Assembly (NCBI GenBank): GCA_028534125.1
Contig: CM052816.1
Location: 96,970,001 to 97,034,000 of the forward strand
Source of the DNA: Lama glama
Taxonomy: Eukaryota
Direction: 5' to 3'
DNA: 64,000 bases
Below are positions 48,794 through 61,954 of the stretch, in pieces. The position numbers and the translations under genes were made by a program. The stretch's first letter is position 1. Each line of letters begins with the position of its first letter. Under the pieces are notes generated by a model. That model worked only from the letters and a program-made list of their open reading frames with translations, made no database searches and was not told the DNA's origin.

Positions 48794-51744
48794 AAATCAC
48801 AGACACATTTTTTCCCAGATACTGACAAATGCTGACCTCACTGAGGTCAAGAGCTTCTCCTGGGAGGTTGAACTGATGGAGAACATCCCCCCACCCCCAG
48901 TCTGGCCCACAGCTTAGAGGACGCCCTCCCACATGCATGAATGCATGTCTGGTTAGTTTGCAGTCACCTATGCGTTCCCTGGATTATGACATACTAGGTT
49001 TCAGGCATCCTTTCTGTTCTTTCCCTTGGTCCCTTCAGTCTGAAACTCCCCTGTGCCTTCAGCAGGCTTGACCACCCTGAAGCCTGCCCCCCTCCCAGGT
49101 CATTAGAAAATGCATTGACACTATCACCATGACAACCCCAGCGACCTCTCACCATTAACCTTTGTGCCTTAGGAACTGGCCCTTCAATCAGATTCTTCTT
49201 CCCCCTCATGGACCTTTTAAAAATAAACAGTTGCTCCTGCTGACCACTCTATGAATTGCACCTTCCTTAGTCTCTTATGAGTGAGCTACAAAAGGCCTTC
49301 ATATCTAGAAAATCTTGCATGTCTAAATAAATTATGTCTCCTGTGCTTCTTTGAGCCACTATGATGTCAACTTCAAAAGTTCTGTAATATATCAACTTTG
49401 TAAAAATTGGCATTCTCTACTTTTTCTGTCTTTATTAAATCTCGTTGGTTGAAGATTTACTTTGTTTTCTTTGTTCCTCTTCTCTTGTTTCTCCTGACAT
49501 TAGAGGTCAGGACTAACTGTGTCTACCGGACCCATGATCACTTCAGAATTTTTTTTCTTTTTTTTACTATGTCATTCCACATTGAATTCACATTCTTGTA
49601 CAAAACCAGTCAGTGACGTCTTCGGATGCCTTTTGTCAGGGTGTGTAGAGTAATTACTAGGACATCTGTGTTGGTCTTTAGAGTTTATTCATAAAAGAAC
49701 ATCTGTTCTCTAGATGGACATCTGGTCATTCCAGCATAAGATCTGACATCTCACACCTCTGCCCTTAAGCCTGATTGCATCTGCAGAGATGAGGATCCAT
49801 CCTGGGCTGAAATTAAAACCTGACCCAATGTCTTATCCAAAGACATGATGTTCACCTTTCACTATAGAAACTTAAGCACTGGGAGCTATTAAATTAGGAA
49901 ATAGCCATCAGGAAAAGTTCAGATTACCTCTCCATGATCTATGTGCCATGCAGACATGTCCAACGGGCAACAACGCCCATGCAGAGCTGCCCTGAGGACA
50001 GATGCGGGATGAAGAGCGAGGAATACCATCCCCACCGCAGTGTCCAGCCATGACAGGGTTAGTGTGCTGGGTTCCACATCCTGCTGTCAGAGCTGGAGAA
50101 GACCCAGGAGAGGAGTGGACGTTTGCACATACCGGACTGCCCTAGAGGGAGCCAGGGGCCATGACTGAGGCTTTGAGGGAAGGAGGCTCCGGTCTGTGTT
50201 CTAATCAGAATGGGCTGTTATTGTCCCGTAAGAAACGGCTGCCCACACCCTGAGGGCACATGATCACGGATCTCACAAGTCCCGAATGGCAGAGGCAAAT
50301 ACTCCATCAGGCGCATTTCTCCCCTCCTCCCAGGTCGGATTTCTGGTGTCAGCCTTGCTAGGAAATGCATCAGTCCTATAAGGGCCCACAGTGCTGGTCT
50401 CAGCTTGGGGGTGGCAGGAGAACAAATCAAGAAAAGACAGAAGGACGCTGTCCTGCCTGGAAGGCTTCTGGGAAGGGCATCCCAGAGAGGCCCGGGTCTC
50501 ACTGAGACTGTGTCTCCTGAGCCCAGCAGGTCAGGAGAGCGTCCCATAGGAGGTGATGCAGGCTCACTGTTCACCCCCTAGCTGGTGACCACGTGACAGC
50601 TGTTAGCCTGAACTGACTGGCTGCAAATGTGTTTGTTCACTTAAACACAGAATATAAATGTCAAGCAGCAGAGCAAAGAGGAGGAAAGGGAGCAGAGGCA
50701 AGGATTAGGGGGCTACGGCAGGAAAGACTGATTGTGAGATTTAAGAAGTAACAATCCCTAAAATGGCCACTGGGCAGCACGTAGAGCCAAGCGCACTTGA
50801 CCTCTAGAGCCCTGGGATCTGGGGACTCTTTGCAGGTCTCCGTTTCCTCCCCATCAGCTCCCGCATGCTCTTATCTCAGAATCCTGACCATCCCTTCACT
50901 GCCGACCAGGCTCAGCTCCATCTTGCCTCGCTGCCTTTCCCTTCCATTGGGTCAAAACCCTAGAGGCAGACAACTTAACATCAAGCACTGTTAGATTCCA
51001 TAAAAGATAAACTGCAGGTTAGAAGGAAAAAAAGAAAGAGAAAACCTATAAACACGTTAGAATTGCTGTGTATACAGAAGAAAATGCCAGCAGCTGTTTG
51101 GCAATCTCTAGAACGCTGGCAGACTGATTGGCTTAGCAGTTTTCTACTAGGAGCTGATGATGTTTGAAATGTTAGATGAAAACAATAAACCTGTGCTTCC
51201 CATAGCTTGACTCAATCACTAAAATGGAAAAAAGGTAAGATATTTAAATTCTGATGTGTGAGCATGGTTCTTTGGATTTATTGAATCAACAGTGCCAAGT
51301 ACACAATATCTTACAATTTCTGAATTGAGATTTTTTAATTATATAAACCATCAGGTTTGATAACATTCGTGATAAAGTCTTTAAAACTCAACCACTTCAT
51401 TTCAAAGCAAAAGTAACTATAATCCCTTACAAATGTCTCGTAATGTCAACCTAGACCTGCATAATAGTGTAGCTTGAGTTAAATATGGAAAAATTTCCAA
51501 CCCTCGATGTGTTTTGTTCTGTACAGCAGGCCCCAAATCTCTCAACTTATTTTTTTTAGCATTTTGATAGATCAATTTAATGCTTTTAACTCTTTAGAAG
51601 AAAAATTATATGGAAAGCCCAGATCATTCTTTGAAAACAGAGGCGCAATCTCCAGTGCTCAGGAAGACATTCCATGTGTTGTCTTCTATCTGGGGAAGAT
51701 TTTGGATTATCACTGTAAGTTAGAAAAACAGAACAATTGATTGG

Positions 51745-52180
51745 TTTCTTTTTTTTTCTTTATTTTTAACATTTTTTATTGATTTATAATCATTTTACAA
51801 TGTTGTGTCAAATTCCAGTGTTCGGCACAATTTTTCAGTCATACAGGGACATAGGCACACTCATCATCACATTTTTTTCTCTGTGAGCTACCGTAATGTT
51901 TTGTGTGTATTTCCCTGTGCTATACAGTATAATCTTGTTTATCTATTCTACAATTTTGAAATCCCAGTCTATCCCTTCCCACCCTCCGCCCCTCTGGCAA
52001 CCACAAGTCTGTATTCTCTGTCTATGAGTCTATTTCTGTCCTGTATTTACGCTTTGTTTTTATTTGTTTGTTTTTGTTTTTGTTTTTTAGATTCCACATA
52101 TGAGCCATCTCATATGGTACTTTTCTTTCTCTTTCTGGCTTATTTCACTTAGAATGACATTCTCCAGGAGCATCCATGTT
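51745..52180 (-). mobile_element. Young L1 3' end, same subfamily as the 8355-8862 copy
   Basis: Long identical stretches with the reverse complement of the 8.4-8.85 kb L1; encodes TWMLLENVILSEISQKEKEKYHM on the - strand. Confidence 0.95.
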
Positions 52181-52479
52181 GAAAGGAGTTCAGAAGTTGG
52201 TACTGCATTTTTCAGAAAGAAAAAAGAACTTACAGTCTGTACACAATTAATGAGATAAAATGATGATCCTGGGACTGCTTTCAGTCTTTCCTGTCTGTTT
52301 CCCACCTGTCTCCCTCAGGATCAGGAATGCAGGAAGCCTGCTTCCATCAGGATCCTTACAGCTGCCTTTTCCAGTCCTCTTCCCCTCCAGGTTGTCCACT
52401 TCTGAGGGCCCTAACGTCTCCTTTCGCCCAGCGCTCCATTTTATAGAAACCTCCTAAAACCCCTTACTCTCTACTGCTC

Positions 52480-53200
52480 CCTCAGCCATGGCACCTTTAC
52501 GGAGTCCCCACGGTTAGCTGGAGGCTGCTTTCTCCGTGGCTTCGCCCCCTCTCTTAGAGGAAGGAGGGCACGTTTCTTCCTCCTGGCTGCCCGTGGGCTA
52601 TTCTGGCAGTTTGCACCATCTTCTTTCCCACTTCTCTCCTGGGAATCCCACGTGATGATACGCTTACTTTCCTCCACAGTGCTACGGATCAGTCCTCAGT
52701 TCGCTACTCTTCTCTCGTTTGGGTCCCCAGTCTGGTTCAGCGTTCTTGCCTCCACCTCATCCCCTGAGTTATTAGAGCCTCCACATTTATGCCTCACCGG
52801 TGACATGATATCAACTCCAATGACAACTACCCCCAGATGTTTATTGTCTTCAAATGGCTTGGCCACAGCTCAGATGACGTCATTACCCAGGATGGCTCCA
52901 CTTTGAAAGAAACAAATCCCAAATCCTCTGCACTGACAACAACCCCCTTTCTTTGCCCTCTCCGCATGCCCTGTAACCACTCTTAGCTCACTGCAATGAT
53001 TCCTCACTAGACACTAGACATTCCTCCTCCCTGAGCTGTTCTTCCATTAACCACCTGCCTCTCAGCTCACCTTTTCAACTTCATTCTCACAAAGGCTGTA
53101 TTATCCACCTCTTTGTAGCGTCTCCCTCTCCGCCTTGTACTCTCCCCGCTGAGGCACGACCCGGCCACGTGCCCATTCCTGGGAGACTGAACCAGCCTGA
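52480..53200 (+). mobile_element. Degenerate L2 fragment
   Basis: Pyrimidine-rich; tgacaactacccccagatgtttat; ctagacattcctcctccct. Confidence 0.4.
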
Positions 53201-53509
53201 AGAGAAGTGCATGGCTGCTGTCAGAGCCGTTCCAGACTCCGCACCTCCAGGGTGGCTGTGGGGTCCTCGCGCTCATCCCTGCTTAGTGAATTCTCTGATT
53301 TCCCATGATGTATTACCTTTGTCCAAAGGTTCACACCTCCATTTACACCTTCTCACTGTAGATGTTCTTGAAAACACGTCACTGGCTGTGAGCTGCTTTA
53401 GTGTTGATATGCTTTTCATCAAATCTTGCCTTAATTCTTCCTTTTCCTTATCTCTTCTGTGTGAAAGGAAGGAGTCTTTCTACTTATTTCCAGGGCGTAT
53501 TGCATCACA

Positions 53510-53615
53510 CTCAGAAGCCACAGATCTGGGGAAACTTATGAATCCCAAGCAGCATAAATACAAAAGCAGCCACACCTAGGCACATCCTAATAAAACTGCT
53601 AAAGCCGAAGATGAG
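53510..53615 (+). mobile_element. L1 ORF1 fragment
   Basis: aatcccaagcagcataaatacaaaagcagccacacctaggcacatcctaataaaactgctaaa translates to PSSINTKAATPRHILIKLLK, resembling the L1 ORF1 TPRHII motif. Confidence 0.7.
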
Positions 53616-54529
53616 GCTTTCCCTGTGGCTTCAGAATCATCACAGTTTCATTGTGAAAGACTGTGCAAAAAGTTGTGCTCACTCCTTTGCAGTTTCCTCT
53701 TCTGCAGAATTATGGGCTGTGAAGTCCTGGGTTTTGTTTATTCTTGGTCTGGTCTGGTTTGGGTTGGGCTGGGTTGTCCTTAACTCCAAATGTGATTCTC
53801 TGGTCCTCTGAGACTGATGACAGCTTTGAGCAGCCGCTTTCGCCCCCACCTCTGGATCCCTTACAGCTTCTGAATCAGTAATTTTGATAGATAAAGTAGC
53901 CCAAAGAATGGACTTTATTCAATTTTTCCATCAATTACTGAATATATTTGTCTATAAGTGAGTTGGATCCCAGAAAACTTAGTCAAAAATAATTTATAGA
54001 AATAATTTTTTTTCAAATATATGTTGGACATCAAAATAATTTGATGGAAAGATTAAACTACACACCCACTGGCTTTCATACATATAGGAAACCATATTGT
54101 GCTTTACTTAAGTAACACTTTTACGTAATTTTTCACTCTTACTTTTCAAATCCATTTTAGTCAAGTATTCCTGCTCTATATTGTGCTAGAGCAGATACAT
54201 GGGTGTGCACACCAACATAGGACAAAATGTGATAAAAGAAATACCTAACAATTGCTGGATTTAATTAATACATCATATTAGGTTTCCCAATTTTTATAAG
54301 TTTTCTTAGAAAGAAATTATATTTCTATGTATATATGTGCATGAGTGTATATATAAATAGTGGTTAAATATCGTGGGCTCCAATACCCACAATGGATATC
54401 CCAGCTCAGCATTGCCTGAGTGGTGCCAATGAGCACATTTCCCTCTTGTGCCTTTTTATGACTTATATCTCTTTGTTTATATTTTCTACATGGTGAGACA
54501 CCATACAGACTTGCTTTTAATTGCTTAGA

Positions 54530-54790
54530 CAGTTTTCTTCAGTTGTTTCTTTTTTAACTTATTTACAATAGCTGATTTAAAGTCTTTGTCTAGTAAATCC
54601 AGTATCTGAGCTCGCTTAAGGTCAGTTTGTGTCCATGATTATTTTTCCTTATGCTTTCATGTTTCTTTGAACAACTCAGAATTTTTGTTGAAAACTAGAC
54701 ATTTTTAATCATATAATGTGGCAACTCTGAAAATCAGATACATGCTCTCACAAGATTGTTTTAGTCACTGTTTGTTGTAACACTGTTTTC
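54530..54790 (-). mobile_element. Old L1M 5'/ORF1-start fragment
   Basis: aatagctgatttaaagtctttgtctagtaaatcca; gttgaaaactagacatttt; aatgtggcaactctgaaaatcaga. Confidence 0.7.
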
Positions 54791-54799
54791 ATTGTTGAT

Positions 54800-54930
54800 T
54801 TATGGGGATCATAACAACCCTTACTTCATGAGATTATTATAAAGGTGAAATTATTTCACACATAATATAAAATATGTAGAGTGTTCCAGGAACACATAAG
54901 CATTCGCTCAATATAAACTGTTATTATTAT
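54800..54930 (+). mobile_element. MIR 3' part
   Basis: atggggatcataacaacccttacttcatgagattatt...cacataagcattcgctcaata...gttattattat. Confidence 0.6.
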
Positions 54931-54950
54931 GGACAGCATCAAAAGTGGAT

Positions 54951-55040
54951 CCCTCTGGATATATGCCCAGTAATAGGATTGCTGGATCATATGGTAAGTC
55001 TATTTCTAGTTTTTTGAGGAATCTCCATACTGTTTTCCAC
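54951..55040 (-). mobile_element. Isolated L1 ORF2 fragment
   Basis: ggatatatgcccagtaataggattgctggatcatatggtaagtctatttctagttttttgaggaatctccatactgttttcca. Confidence 0.9.
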
Positions 55041-55411
55041 CTGCAAGGCCACAAATGGGGTCCTTAACTGATTCTGAAAGCAGCATCTCTGTCAGGAGTC
55101 ACTAGACAGCTTTCTTAGATGTAGAGCTGGATAGCTCTCATGTGAATGTGTAAGACCAGTGAACTGATAAACAGAAAAGATGAAAGTCACTGGAAATTTG
55201 TACTGCACATTTCTAAAATCCAGGTTTCCAATGATGGTAATAATTAAGATTGTAAGAACTAAAACTGAACAGTGCAGCCAGTGAAACAGTGAGGAAATAG
55301 CCCACAGAACAGGAGCATTCCAGCAGGACAATCAAAATTCCACTCTCTCCTTCAGATAAAGAGGGAAAAGCAATGCTATTTCATTCTACAAAGGCTCGAA
55401 AATTGCACCGC

Positions 55412-55536
55412 CTGGGGAGTCATGGAAATGTTAGCTATCTTGATTGTGTTGTGGTTTCATGGGTATGTACATCTACCAAACTTCATCTAAAATGTGTGTA
55501 GTTTCCTGTACAGGAACCAAACCAGAAAAAAAATAT

Positions 55537-55540
<4 letters not shown>
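55412..55540 (+). mobile_element. L1MC/ME-like 3' end fragment
   Basis: atggaaatgttagctatcttgattgtgttgtggtttcatgggtatgtacat. Confidence 0.7.

Positions 55541-55592
<52 letters not shown>
55541..55592. repeat. (TA)26 microsatellite
   Basis: Perfect TA run. Confidence 0.98.
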
Positions 55593-55595
<3 letters not shown>

Positions 55596-58500
55596 GCTGT
55601 GTTTTTAAATGTAATTATTGAGAAGAGTGAGGTCAGTAACTTCCTGCACTTTTTACCAAGGCTTGAAGTTGGCTTTAAAAAATGTTCAGTGACAAAGTAA
55701 AATAATTCCAAATAGGTACATTTTGTATCACAAAACAGGCAACAGGATTCACCACAGAAAGAGGCATGTGAGAGTTCACGTCTTCAGAAGTCACACCAAG
55801 TGGTAAAACATGAAGCTACTGTCGCTCACTTTATAAGAATTCTACAGTGGACCAATTTTATGCTTTTCTCTGCAGATGACGGAGAATTTCAGTAGTGAAT
55901 CCAGATGTTCCAATGGAAAGTTGATACCGTATTTTCCCTCAAAGTGCAGACGCTCCAGTCTAATGTTATGGTTTAGGGGAAAAGCAATCAACTTTAGCCA
56001 AAAAAACAGAACTTTAACTTTTTTAGCCAAAGCTGAGGATGACACCTTTTGCAAGCTTGTGAAGCAATTTGAAACTGACTTCCAGTAAAAGTACCAGGCA
56101 ATGTTCTAGGTGGTTCTCATTTGTCCAGTCACAATCTCTGTGGCAGCTTCCACGAGCCTGTGTCTGAGTTCCCTGTATCCGTGGATTTGCCTGAGGAGGA
56201 AAGCTTCTAATTTCTGCGTGCATCACACTGACATTCCTACTCTAGAACAGACAGTCGCGGGGTAAGGGGTTTGCTTGCATGTTTGTTATGAAGACGTTAA
56301 AGTCAGAGTGCTGCCTGATTCTGGAAGGCTGAGGCTGGGTTCACCTGAACTCTGAGCACGCCATCACACTTCTGGGTGTGCTGGTTGTTTTCTGTTCCTG
56401 ACTTCAAAGAGAGAGATAAGAGCAAATTTATTTAACGTATAGCCAATTAATCCTTCGCTTCTAATTAGAACCAATAATGTCCAAGTGAAATGACAAATCA
56501 CCATCTTAAACAAAGCACTGGCAACTTTTTTGTAAGATATTAAACTACACTTAAGAGAGGGAAGCATGAGATGGAAGGATAGTTTGGATTTTTCAGAATC
56601 CAGATCTCCTTTCCAGCTTGTGAGTCTTTAACACTGAGCCATTTAAATGTTTCATGTAATCGAGGATTAAATTGCCTCTGATTGCTGATTAAATCAGGAG
56701 AAGCGGCACACAGCCTCGTGCCTGACCTACACATTAGTCTAAGAAATGCTGCAGACTGATTTCTACCACCAGCAACGTGTAGCAGATTTCACGCGACGTT
56801 TCTCCTTTCTGATCTGAAAGTGATCTTGACTGGCTAGCTTCATCTTGTCAACACAATCAAATAGCTCTCTCTGAATTCGATCTGATATCAACTATTTTCA
56901 TTGGTAATAAGCTAGAATTTTTTCCAGTGACAGAGCTAATACAATTCTTAGAAAAGACTGACCATGAGGCGACTGCTGCTGGGAACTTTAATGCAGGCTC
57001 TCAGTTAGATTTTTATGGCGCCCTAAGTCACCCACTCTGGGAACTGTATTTTCAGAAGAGAACTGGGCTCCATAACTGATGCTTCTGATACTGAATTTCA
57101 GATGATAAACTACATTAAAATGGAATCACACCTTGTTCCACCTCTTGAATATGTAATTCATCTTTAATACAAGCCCATTTTTAAAAAGAGAGCATGAAAT
57201 AGAGTCTTTTTTTAAAAATCACTGCTGATGCTTCAGCATTGCAAAGAGGCCGTCAGGCAGGGACGACATACATCCCAGGCATTGTTTCTCAGTCCCCAAA
57301 AGAGAAAAGAAGCAAAGATGAGAGCAATATATTTCCTTTGGTTTTTGTAGTTTCAAAACAAATAACCTAAACGCCTTGGTTCTGTATTTATTGAGGTACA
57401 AGACATCCTTAAATCAATTATTATTAGTGATCTCAACAGGGGTGAACAGCAGAAATAAATTCCAAAATAGTACCCAGCCTGCAAGTGTTTTATCCCACAT
57501 GGTAATGCACTGTGCGGTACTTGGAATTACCTTCTGTGCATTTCTCAGGGCAAAGTGAGAATCGCTGTACGCGCTCTCAGTTCACAACCGCTGGTCAGCA
57601 AAGCACGGGAGTCAGATCAGCTTTCTGGTATCTGCCATAGATAATCGAACACTCATCTATGTCAGCTGCGTCGTGTGGACAGAAATCTCCAAATACACCG
57701 AGCCTAAGTGGATGCCCTGGGCGCGGCCGCCGCAATCGCCTTAGAAAGAACAGCGAAGAATCTGCATATGAGTTGCTTTAAGGGCATCATTTGAAAATTC
57801 TACTTACACAGAAATTTATTGTGGGAGCCGTGGACTTGAGCACAAGCCCCCTCGTGCAGAGTGGCTGCTTTGAGGCAGATGCGGGTCAGTTCACTGCAGC
57901 TACTCATGGTACCTGGTATCTGCCCATAGTGCCCCAGAGCCGTCTTTTGATGCAAAAGTGCTGATTTTGGATATAAGCAATGAAGATACTTCAAAAATGC
58001 ACCCATGAAAAAACCCCAATGGACTGTAAAAGATACCCTGGGGCCAAAGAAAGTTCATGACCACAGGTGGAAGTCAGCGCTGAGAGTGGTTTGACGGTGC
58101 TGGGAAACGTGCATGATTTATTCTAGCAGCGAGGGAACCATCATCCAGGAGCATCAGGTGTGTGTAAGCGCAAGCTCCCTCAAGGCCGCTCCTTCCGTGT
58201 ACGTTAACGAAGTTTTATGCAAACTCATGGCTGAGAGCAGGCTTGATACGTGTTTAAGTGAAGTCTCCCTTGACCTGCAGTCACTCTCTAATGCGTCCTC
58301 AGGCAGCCCCTGGGCGCCTGGAGACCCCTGCTGAGACTCTGTCCCTAGCTTTGAAGGCACCTGACCCGCTAACTCCACCAAAGACGCCAGTGGGAACACT
58401 CCCTACACAGGCTTTGCCTCCCATGAATGTCACCCTTCCGCAGATAAATAAGGAACAGAGGCACCTTCGCCTGCGCTCCGGGCCGTCGGCCCCGGAGGAT

Positions 58501-58848
58501 CCAGGGATCAGACCCACAGGACCGTGCGTGCCCATCACGGTCCCCGCCCAGGACCGCCCACAACACTCAGCTGGAGTGACCGGGTCCCCTTCTCACGATC
58601 CCCTCCACCCACATTCGCTTCCTTTCTCTTTGGCATCACTTGTGGGTCCGTGGGGCCAGATCCCTGGTTCCCGCTGACCCCGTAGCCTGACCCTTCTTGG
58701 GGACAGAGGCTGCTCCACGGCAGGGACACCCTCAGCCTCTCAGTTACTCCTGTCAGCTCCTGGAGGGCCTCTGCCCCCTCCACACACAGGGAGCCCTCTC
58801 TCCCCCCAGTATCGATGCCCATCCCCTGTAGGCTCAGCGAGATGTCCC

Positions 58849-59348
58849 NNNNNNNNNNNNNNNNNNNNNNNNNNNNNNNNNNNNNNNNNNNNNNNNNNNN
58901 NNNNNNNNNNNNNNNNNNNNNNNNNNNNNNNNNNNNNNNNNNNNNNNNNNNNNNNNNNNNNNNNNNNNNNNNNNNNNNNNNNNNNNNNNNNNNNNNNNNN
59001 NNNNNNNNNNNNNNNNNNNNNNNNNNNNNNNNNNNNNNNNNNNNNNNNNNNNNNNNNNNNNNNNNNNNNNNNNNNNNNNNNNNNNNNNNNNNNNNNNNNN
59101 NNNNNNNNNNNNNNNNNNNNNNNNNNNNNNNNNNNNNNNNNNNNNNNNNNNNNNNNNNNNNNNNNNNNNNNNNNNNNNNNNNNNNNNNNNNNNNNNNNNN
59201 NNNNNNNNNNNNNNNNNNNNNNNNNNNNNNNNNNNNNNNNNNNNNNNNNNNNNNNNNNNNNNNNNNNNNNNNNNNNNNNNNNNNNNNNNNNNNNNNNNNN
59301 NNNNNNNNNNNNNNNNNNNNNNNNNNNNNNNNNNNNNNNNNNNNNNNN
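58849..59348. other. Assembly gap (500 N)
   Basis: Run of N. Confidence 1.
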
Positions 59349-59519
59349 GTAGCTGCTTAAGCCATAGCCAATCAACAATGGCCTGGCTTTGTTTGTAAGT
59401 CTTTTCCGTAGCTTCTATAGGTGGGGCTCTCCTAACAACTTCTGGTTTGGTGCTGCCTGGTTTGAACTGACTTTTGCTCAAATAAAATCTTAAAAATTTT
59501 AATATGTCTCAGTTTAACA
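59349..59519 (+). mobile_element. 3' end of an ERV1-type LTR (5' part lies in the gap)
   Basis: agccaatc; ttctggtttggtgctgcctggtttgaactg...tgctcaaataaaatc; ends tttaaca. Confidence 0.6.
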
Positions 59520-59529
59520 ATATACACAG

Positions 59530-60038
59530 GATAATAATAGGATATTATTCAGCCATGAAAAAGAAATCCTGTCATTTGCAACAAAGTGGAGGAACACAGA
59601 GGACATTATGCTCAGTGAAATAAGCCAGGCAGAGGAAGACAAATACTGTATGATCTTTTATGTGGAATCTACGAAGAACAAAATCAGTCACAGAAATGGA
59701 GGGCAGAATGGTGGTCACCAGGGGCCGAGGGCGGGGAGGTGGGGAGATGATGGTTGTAGAGTGCAAGCCTTCAGTTTAAGATGAGTAAGTTCTGGGGATC
59801 TAACGTACAGCGTGCTGACCATAGTTAATAATACAGCATTGTGCACTTGAAACGTGCTAAGAGAGTAAATCTTAAGCATTCTCATTACATACACTCAAAA
59901 ACGGTGACTATACGAGGCGATGAATGTGATAATTAACCTGACTGTGGTAATCACTTCACAAAGGATACAGAGATCATGTTGTGTATTTTAATTATGTACA
60001 ACTTTAGTTGTTAATTATACTTCAGGATGCTGGAAAAA
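59530..60038 (+). mobile_element. L1MA9-like 3' end
   Basis: ggacattatgctcagtgaaataagccag; taagttctggggatctaacgtacagc...atagttaataatac...tgctaagagagtaaatcttaag. Confidence 0.88.
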
Positions 60039-60039
60039 G

Positions 60040-60960
60040 ATCTTGAACAATTAACTTTTGCTTTGCTGGTTCTCTGTTGTATACTGCGTTTTTTTTTTCT
60101 ATTTCTATTTCATTTTTTTTTCTATTTCAGGATATCTTTACTATATCCTTCTATATTCTTGATATTTAATATACTGGTCCTTTTCTAACTTCTTTGTATC
60201 GAAGCTTAGATCATTGACTTTTAAGCTTAATTTTATAAGAATTTAGACCCCCAAATTTCCCCTAGAGCACTGATTTAGCTGCATACTACACATTTTGGAA
60301 TGTCATTTTTTGCCTTTGTCCAAGTATTTTGTAATTTCCCTTGTGATTTTTCTTTGACTCATGAGTTATGTTGTGTTATTTATTTTCCAAATATTTGTGG
60401 TTATTCTAGTTTCATTTAGTTACTGACTTTTGGTTTAATTCTCAGAAAACATGTTGTGTGGTTTCTACCTTTTTGAAAGTTGGTCTATTCTGGTAAATAG
60501 TCAATGTAAACTAGACAAATTCTGTTCTGAAGAATGTGTTTTATATATGTCAATTAGAGCCTATCGATTGTGTTGCTAAAAAAATCTCTTAAGTGCTTAC
60601 TCTTCTATCTACTTGTTCCTTCCGTGGTATGTTAACTTTTCTGTGATTTTGGATTAGGTTCTTCCCCCTTTTAGTTCTGACAATTTTTGCTTTATGTATC
60701 TTAAAGCTTTTTAATCAAGTGCATGCATGTTTAGGATTTTTACTTCCTCCTCCTCAATTGACTTTAATCGCTATGAAAATATGTCTCATAATATTTCTTG
60801 CTTTAAGTCTCCTTTTTACATTAATTTAACTACACCTGCTTTCCTTTTCTCCGATTGGTATATCTTCTTTCAAACTTTCAAACTTAAAGTATGTCTTTTC
60901 TAAACAGCATATGGGCTTGTTCGAGTAATCTTGGCTCGTTCAGTACAGTTACAGTTAATA
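60040..60960 (-). mobile_element. Old L1 ORF2 (endonuclease-region) antisense fragment
   Basis: aaatttcccctagagcactgatttagctgcatac; atttcccttgtgattttttctttgactcatgagtta; tttttgctttatgtat. Confidence 0.75.
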
Positions 60961-61339
60961 TAATTACTGACTACTTTTGGCAGGCGTCCTTGGTTTGTCT
61001 ACAGTGCTCACTATAAACCTAGGATGCACAGATCTGTGGGGCATGGCTTTCCAGAAAATTGTTACATTAGCCATGTAATTTTGGGCTTATAAAGGAGAAA
61101 GACCATGACCTAAATAGTTCCTTTGGTGTAAGTGATGCCCCGTACGCACGATATGTCATATACGTCTGCAAGGGCCTAACGCAGCAGGAAGATGCAGGGA
61201 GTGGTGCAGGCCGTCCTAGATTCTCAGTGATCCATGTGTCCTGAGTTTACCTGCAGCCTTGCCATTGGTAAAGCTTGGTAAGGTTAAGATTTCTGACTCT
61301 TGAGAGTCTGATTTGATGATCTGACTTTATTATGTCAGT

Positions 61340-61909
61340 TCTCTGAGTGGTTTCACTGCTTCAGTCCTTGGCGCCCCCAGTTCTCTCAACCGCATCAAAG
61401 CGAGCCCTGCAGAATGTGAATGAGATCACGTGACCCCTCTGCGCTACTGGCTGTCCAGTCAGACAGAGTAAAAGCCACAGCCTGCAGTGACCCCAAGACA
61501 ATGCACCGTCAGATCTCCCCATTTCTTTTCTGTTCCTCCAACTCACCACTGTCCTACCTCAGGGCCTTTGCACTGTCCCTGGCCTGAACTATCCACAGCA
61601 GCTGGTGCCTTGTCTCTTCCAGGTCTTTCCCTTCTCAGTGAGACTGTCCCTGACTGCTCTGTCTGAAGTTGTGTGGTCTCTCCAACACTGCATACCAAAC
61701 CCCCGTTAGCCTGATTTGTCTTTCTCTGTAGCTTTATCACCTTCTCAGGCATAATTGATATTTATTTATTCATTGATTTATGGCTCTCTTCAAATAAGAA
61801 TGTAAGCTCTGAGTAGAGGTGTTTACCTATTTTGTTCACAGCTATATCCACAGTACTTTTAGCACCTGGTGAAGTAGGCTCTCAAATATCTGTGAAATGG
61901 ATGAATGAA
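61340..61909 (+). mobile_element. L2 3' end
   Basis: cctacctcagggcctttgcactg; agaatgtaagctctga; ttttgttcacagctatatcc; gtaggctctcaaatatctgtgaaatggatgaatgaa. Confidence 0.85.
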
Positions 61910-61954
61910 ATTTCCCTCTGGGTATGGTTTTGACTGCATGTGTACATTTAGTAC

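Noticed and set aside
55861..56088. Acceptor-like ttttctctgcag followed by a 70-aa ORF
   Set aside because: No recognisable protein, no matching donor or neighbouring exons; expected by chance.
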